In this document: positions 63,881 to 64,000 of the stretch, piece by piece | Position numbering within the stretch: the first letter of the stretch is position 1 | Layout of the letters: each line of letters begins with the position of its first letter | Position numbers and translations under genes: made by a program | Source: Octopus vulgaris | Lineage: Eukaryota | Assembly: GCA_951406725.2 (NCBI GenBank) | Contig: CATOCA020000003.1 | Span: forward strand, 248,001 to 312,000 | DNA length: 64,000 nucleotides | Direction: 5' to 3' | Notes under the pieces: model-generated | What the model saw: only the letters and a program-made list of their open reading frames with translations | Databases searched by the model: none | What the model was told of the DNA's origin: nothing

Positions 63881-64000
63881 TTGTATATATATATATGACA
63901 GTGGCATAAAGAAGTGTCAGTCACTTAAAGTGGTTAGAACTTGTGGAAGAGGGAGGCCCAGGAAGATATGTGATGAAGCAGTGAAGCCTGATCTCAAGAT

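Noticed and set aside
40720-64000. Further upstream EDEM3 exons (GH47 domain or start of the PA domain)
   Set aside because: No recognisable EDEM3 peptide was found by eye. They probably lie beyond the window, though short exons could have been missed.

Overview
Eukaryotic genomic DNA, most likely an octopus (inferred from Octopus-type tRNA-derived SINEs, a GC-rich divergent 18S, and dense (TA)n/(GA)n tracts). One host gene is recognisable on the minus strand: the last two visible exons of an EDEM3-like ER mannosidase. These are a PA-domain exon (40540-40719) and a large terminal exon (13505-14577) ending in the ER-retention-like signal KTEL, with phase-compatible splice sites across about 26 kb. 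Nearly everything else is mobile-element debris: an 18S rRNA 3' fragment abutting a deleted Gypsy LTR element; a full-length decayed L1/Tx1 LINE with a 19-bp TSD; many copies of an RTE LINE with a PHD-like finger inside its RT; other RTE, R4/Dong and Helitron remnants; a pogo/Passer DNA transposon; a MITE; SINEs; and Penelope-like elements. The most unusual signals are: (i) the Gypsy primer-binding site is complementary to the 5' 12 nt of tRNA-Phe rather than to a tRNA 3'-CCA end; (ii) several unrelated minimal hammerhead-ribozyme cassettes sit in inverted or fold-back structures at (TA)n tracts; (iii) two elements are horizontal-transfer candidates; (iv) the EDEM3 tail contains an apparently extra globular domain. 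All family assignments come from motif recognition by eye, and no database search was run.
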